64,000 bases of DNA from Chthoniobacterales bacterium (GTDB taxonomy: Bacteria; Verrucomicrobiota; Verrucomicrobiia; Chthoniobacterales; Chthoniobacteraceae), in the NCBI GenBank assembly GCA_038207335.1, contig JBBQZX010000001.1:128001-192000 (forward strand), read 5' to 3'. A model generated the notes under the pieces. It was given only the letters and a program-made list of their open reading frames with translations, was not told the DNA's origin and ran no database searches. Both the position numbers and the translations under genes were made by a program. This document shows positions 61,280 to 64,000 of the stretch, one piece after another (within the stretch, counting starts at the first letter, position 1; every line of letters begins with the position of its first letter).

Positions 61280-62146
61280 TTGACTCTTTCCGATGGTAGC
61301 AAAGTGAGAAAGCAAGCGATTGGGCTGGTGTGCGCGAGTTTAGCGGTCGGACTTTGGGGTTGGCTTCTGACGCATGATCGCGGCGAGGTGATTCCCGCTC
61401 GAGCTGCGCAGGGGGCGGAGGAGGACGTGAAACCAGTGGTGAGCGCGATCGCCGAGCGGCAAGCTGATGAACATGTTTCAGGCAACTCCGCTGAAACCAA
61501 GGCAACGGAGGGCGCTCGCACCGTCCTGACCGACCGCGAGGTGGCGCGGAATGCGACTGCACTCGCGCAGGAAGGGAAATTCAAGGAGGCGAAGGAGCTC
61601 GTCGAAGAAATCGGGAAACGTTCGGGGGACGGAGCGGTGTATTTTGAGTTGAAAGGGACGGTGCTGACTCTGGAGAAGGATTACGCGGGTGCGGAGGTGA
61701 GTTTTTCGAAGATGCTCGAGCGGCAGCCGAATTCGCATGTCGCGCGGTTCAATCGGGCGGAGACGATCATGCTGCAGGGCCGCTTCGCAGAGGCGGAGAA
61801 GGAGTTTGCTCTTGTCGAGGAGGAGCGCAGTGCGGTCGATGCACCGGTGTCGGCGCTGGCGCGATTTAAACGTGTGGCCTGCCTGCTCGGGCAGCGGCAG
61901 GTGATGGCGGCGGCGTTGCTGGTGCCGCCGGTGCGCGAGGCGGAGGAAATTCCGGCGTTTTACTACGCTAGGGCGATGATCGAATGGGTGCGCAAAGACC
62001 CCCAGGCTGCGAACAAGCTGTTGAGCGAGGCGCGCTCAAAATTTCCGCCGAGTGTGGATGACCTCTACACTGACACGTTTGTGGAGTTGCACTGGGGGCG
62101 GCGGGATGAATCCGGAAAGTTCAGCTTTTCTCCTGGGTTTCGATAG
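61280..62146 (+). CDS. Membrane-anchored TPR protein
   Basis: N-terminal TM helix; TPRs (ELKGTVLTLEKDYAGAE..F, RFNRAE..MLQGRFAEAE..F, PAFYYARA); start could be TTG 61280 or GTG 61304. Confidence 0.78.
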   Translation: MTLSDGSKVRKQAIGLVCASLAVGLWGWLLTHDRGEVIPARAAQGAEEDVKPVVSAIAERQADEHVSGNSAETKATEGARTVLTDREVARNATALAQEGKFKEAKELVEEIGKRSGDGAVYFELKGTVLTLEKDYAGAEVSFSKMLERQPNSHVARFNRAETIMLQGRFAEAEKEFALVEEERSAVDAPVSALARFKRVACLLGQRQVMAAALLVPPVREAEEIPAFYYARAMIEWVRKDPQAANKLLSEARSKFPPSVDDLYTDTFVELHWGRRDESGKFSFSPGFR

Positions 62147-62293
62147 AGGGAGCTACCTGTTGAATCGGGGTAAAACGACGTTTTGCCGTCGTGGGTGATC
62201 GTACTGGTGGGGGGCATCGTCGGCTACGAATGACAGCTGCCGCTTTTGCCACGCGAAACGCCTCCGCTACAGGAATGTGCAAGCCGCCTCGCG

Positions 62294-63853
62294 TTACCTC
62301 GACGGTTGCGCGGCTTCGAGCCGGTCACCGGCCGTGGCACCTTGGAAGCAGCCCCAATATGTGTTCGTCTTCGGGATGAAGAGGCCGCTGCCGTTGGCAT
62401 TCGGGGCGTTCGGGATGGGCCTCACGGTGAAGAGGAAGCCGCCGGTGCTGGGGCGACCAACCCAACGCGTGAGGATGGAGGCGGGCGTGAGCTGGCCGGC
62501 TCGGGCACCGGTCTGAAATATGACGGGTGGCGCGAAGTCCGCCCCTGTGAGGGTGACGGTGACGGTGCCGGACGGCTGCTGGGTGCGGACGGAGAAGAGG
62601 CTGCCGTTTGCTACGAGTGTGGTATCGAGCGCGGCGGCGGGTGCCGGTGCGGGACGAGGGGGCAGGCTCCACGCGAGTTCGCCGGTGATGTCGGTGGCTG
62701 GGAGGTTTGCGAGCAGAAATTCGCCCGCGACGGATGAGGGAGCGCTACGTTGGCTGGGGCGGTAGAGGAGAAAGGTGCCATTGTCCAAAAGGATGGTGCC
62801 TGCGGTGATCGGGCGACCGTCCGGGAGCTTGCCACCGGTGCGGATGCGGCCTTTTGAAGTGCTTCGGACTGTGAGGTATCCGCCGCCGGAGACCTCGGAT
62901 TGGTCGGCACCGGCGAGGGCGAGGTGGTAAACCTTCGATTGAGCCGCCGCTGCGACGTGCCGCAGGGAGCCGGTGAAAGTCTCCCCGTTGTGCACGACGC
63001 TGACAGCGAACCGCCCGGAGCGCCCCTGCCCGTCCACTTTCCCACTGAGAGTGCCGAGCGCGAAGCGGACGCCAGTGCTGCCTTTCGCGCGCACCCGGGC
63101 CGTGCTTGCGGTAGTGCCGAGTGTGACTTTCACATAGACCGCGCTGCGGAAGACGCTGGCTGTGGCCGTGCCAGCGACTGCGCCATCGGCGTCGTAGAGG
63201 AGCCCAGCCCAGCGTTGATTTTTGGCAGCAAGCTCGCTGGGTGCGACATCGATCGTGGCGGTGCCTGTCGCCTTGCCGTCCGTGAAAGTGTAGGTGAGCG
63301 TGCCGCTGAAGTTGGCCGGGAGCACGAGCGCGCGTCCGTCGATAAGGACCGCGGGGTCGCTGACGCTGACGAGGGTCAGTAGTGCGCCGGAGGGGGAAGG
63401 ATCGTTGGCGAGCGGGAAAATGCGGGTGGTGCCGCTGGTCGTGGTGAGCGCGTCGTCGGTGCCGAGGAGCGGCAGCTGGGTCTCCACGACCCACGTGACG
63501 CTTGCGGGGGAGGCATCCACATTGCCGGATTGGTCGATGGCGCGGACTTCGTAGGTATGGGAGCCATCTGCCAGGCCGCTGAGGCTGACGGGGCTTGTCA
63601 CCGCCGTGAAGGGCGCACCGTCCAAACGCCCTTCAAAGGTCAGGGCCTCGGATGGCGTCACGTCGTCCATGCCGGTAAAGGTGATCGTCGAGTCCGTGCT
63701 CGCGGTCGGCGTCGGCTGGGTGCTGGTGATATTCGTCTCCGGGGGCGTGATGTCCTCCCCCTCCGCGCGCAGGAGGCGTGCGGGGAGCAGGGCGAAAATC
63801 GCGATGAGCGCGACGCACAAAGTATGAGAGAGGCGGAGGTGGTTGGTTTTCAT
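62294..63853 (-). CDS. Secreted Ig-like / cadherin-like domain protein
   Basis: Signal peptide; D.TPPET.I...LDG....[20 protein letters not shown] Ig fold; DDA...PLAND cadherin-like; beta-rich C-terminal domain (G.LPDG). Confidence 0.75.
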   Translation of the reverse strand: MKTNHLRLSHTLCVALIAIFALLPARLLRAEGEDITPPETNITSTQPTPTASTDSTITFTGMDDVTPSEALTFEGRLDGAPFTAVTSPVSLSGLADGSHTYEVRAIDQSGNVDASPASVTWVVETQLPLLGTDDALTTTSGTTRIFPLANDPSPSGALLTLVSVSDPAVLIDGRALVLPANFSGTLTYTFTDGKATGTATIDVAPSELAAKNQRWAGLLYDADGAVAGTATASVFRSAVYVKVTLGTTASTARVRAKGSTGVRFALGTLSGKVDGQGRSGRFAVSVVHNGETFTGSLRHVAAAAQSKVYHLALAGADQSEVSGGGYLTVRSTSKGRIRTGGKLPDGRPITAGTILLDNGTFLLYRPSQRSAPSSVAGEFLLANLPATDITGELAWSLPPRPAPAPAAALDTTLVANGSLFSVRTQQPSGTVTVTLTGADFAPPVIFQTGARAGQLTPASILTRWVGRPSTGGFLFTVRPIPNAPNANGSGLFIPKTNTYWGCFQGATAGDRLEAAQPSR

Positions 63854-64000
63854 CGAGAGCAGGCGGAGGAGGATGCAAATCGCGGCGAGTCCGTGGGGCG
63901 CATTCGCGTATCGTAGGATGTAAAGCGTGGGCGAGCCAGTCGCTTTTCGGCACGCGGGCGGACGCGTCGCTTGTGAGGGGAGAGCGCGGGACGGCTCGGA

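Overview
GC-rich bacterial DNA, most consistent with Verrucomicrobiota (Chthoniobacterales/Spartobacteria-like); this is inferred from the PEP-CTERM, LEPR-XLL, DUF1592/DUF1552 and lamin-tail/CotH gene content. The housekeeping backbone is rsmD-waaA-tRNA-Glu, ctpA-tsaD, fabF, hppA and glgA/glgM. A decayed ~8.5 kb island is integrated in tRNA-Glu(TTC): attL 2261-2284, attR 10769-10793, tandem arm-type sites at both ends, and a truncated integrase. It carries two intact cargo genes bracketed by three copies of an unrecognised ~65 bp repeat, a pseudogenised WGR-DNA ligase plus beta-clamp paralog module (each gene preceded by a CTCACC-loop hairpin), and several gene scraps. The middle of the window encodes very large secreted proteins: one PEP-CTERM beta-helix protein and two divergent LTD/CotH proteins. 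From 47.4 to 62.1 kb is a co-oriented cluster: a LEPR-XLL repeat surface protein, a 2000-aa membrane Ser/Thr kinase with 14 copies of an unrecognised Cys-containing repeat, a tandem double beta-barrel outer-membrane protein and a TPR protein. No CRISPR array, rRNA or intact transposase was seen. All assignments come from reading motifs by eye; no database searches were run.
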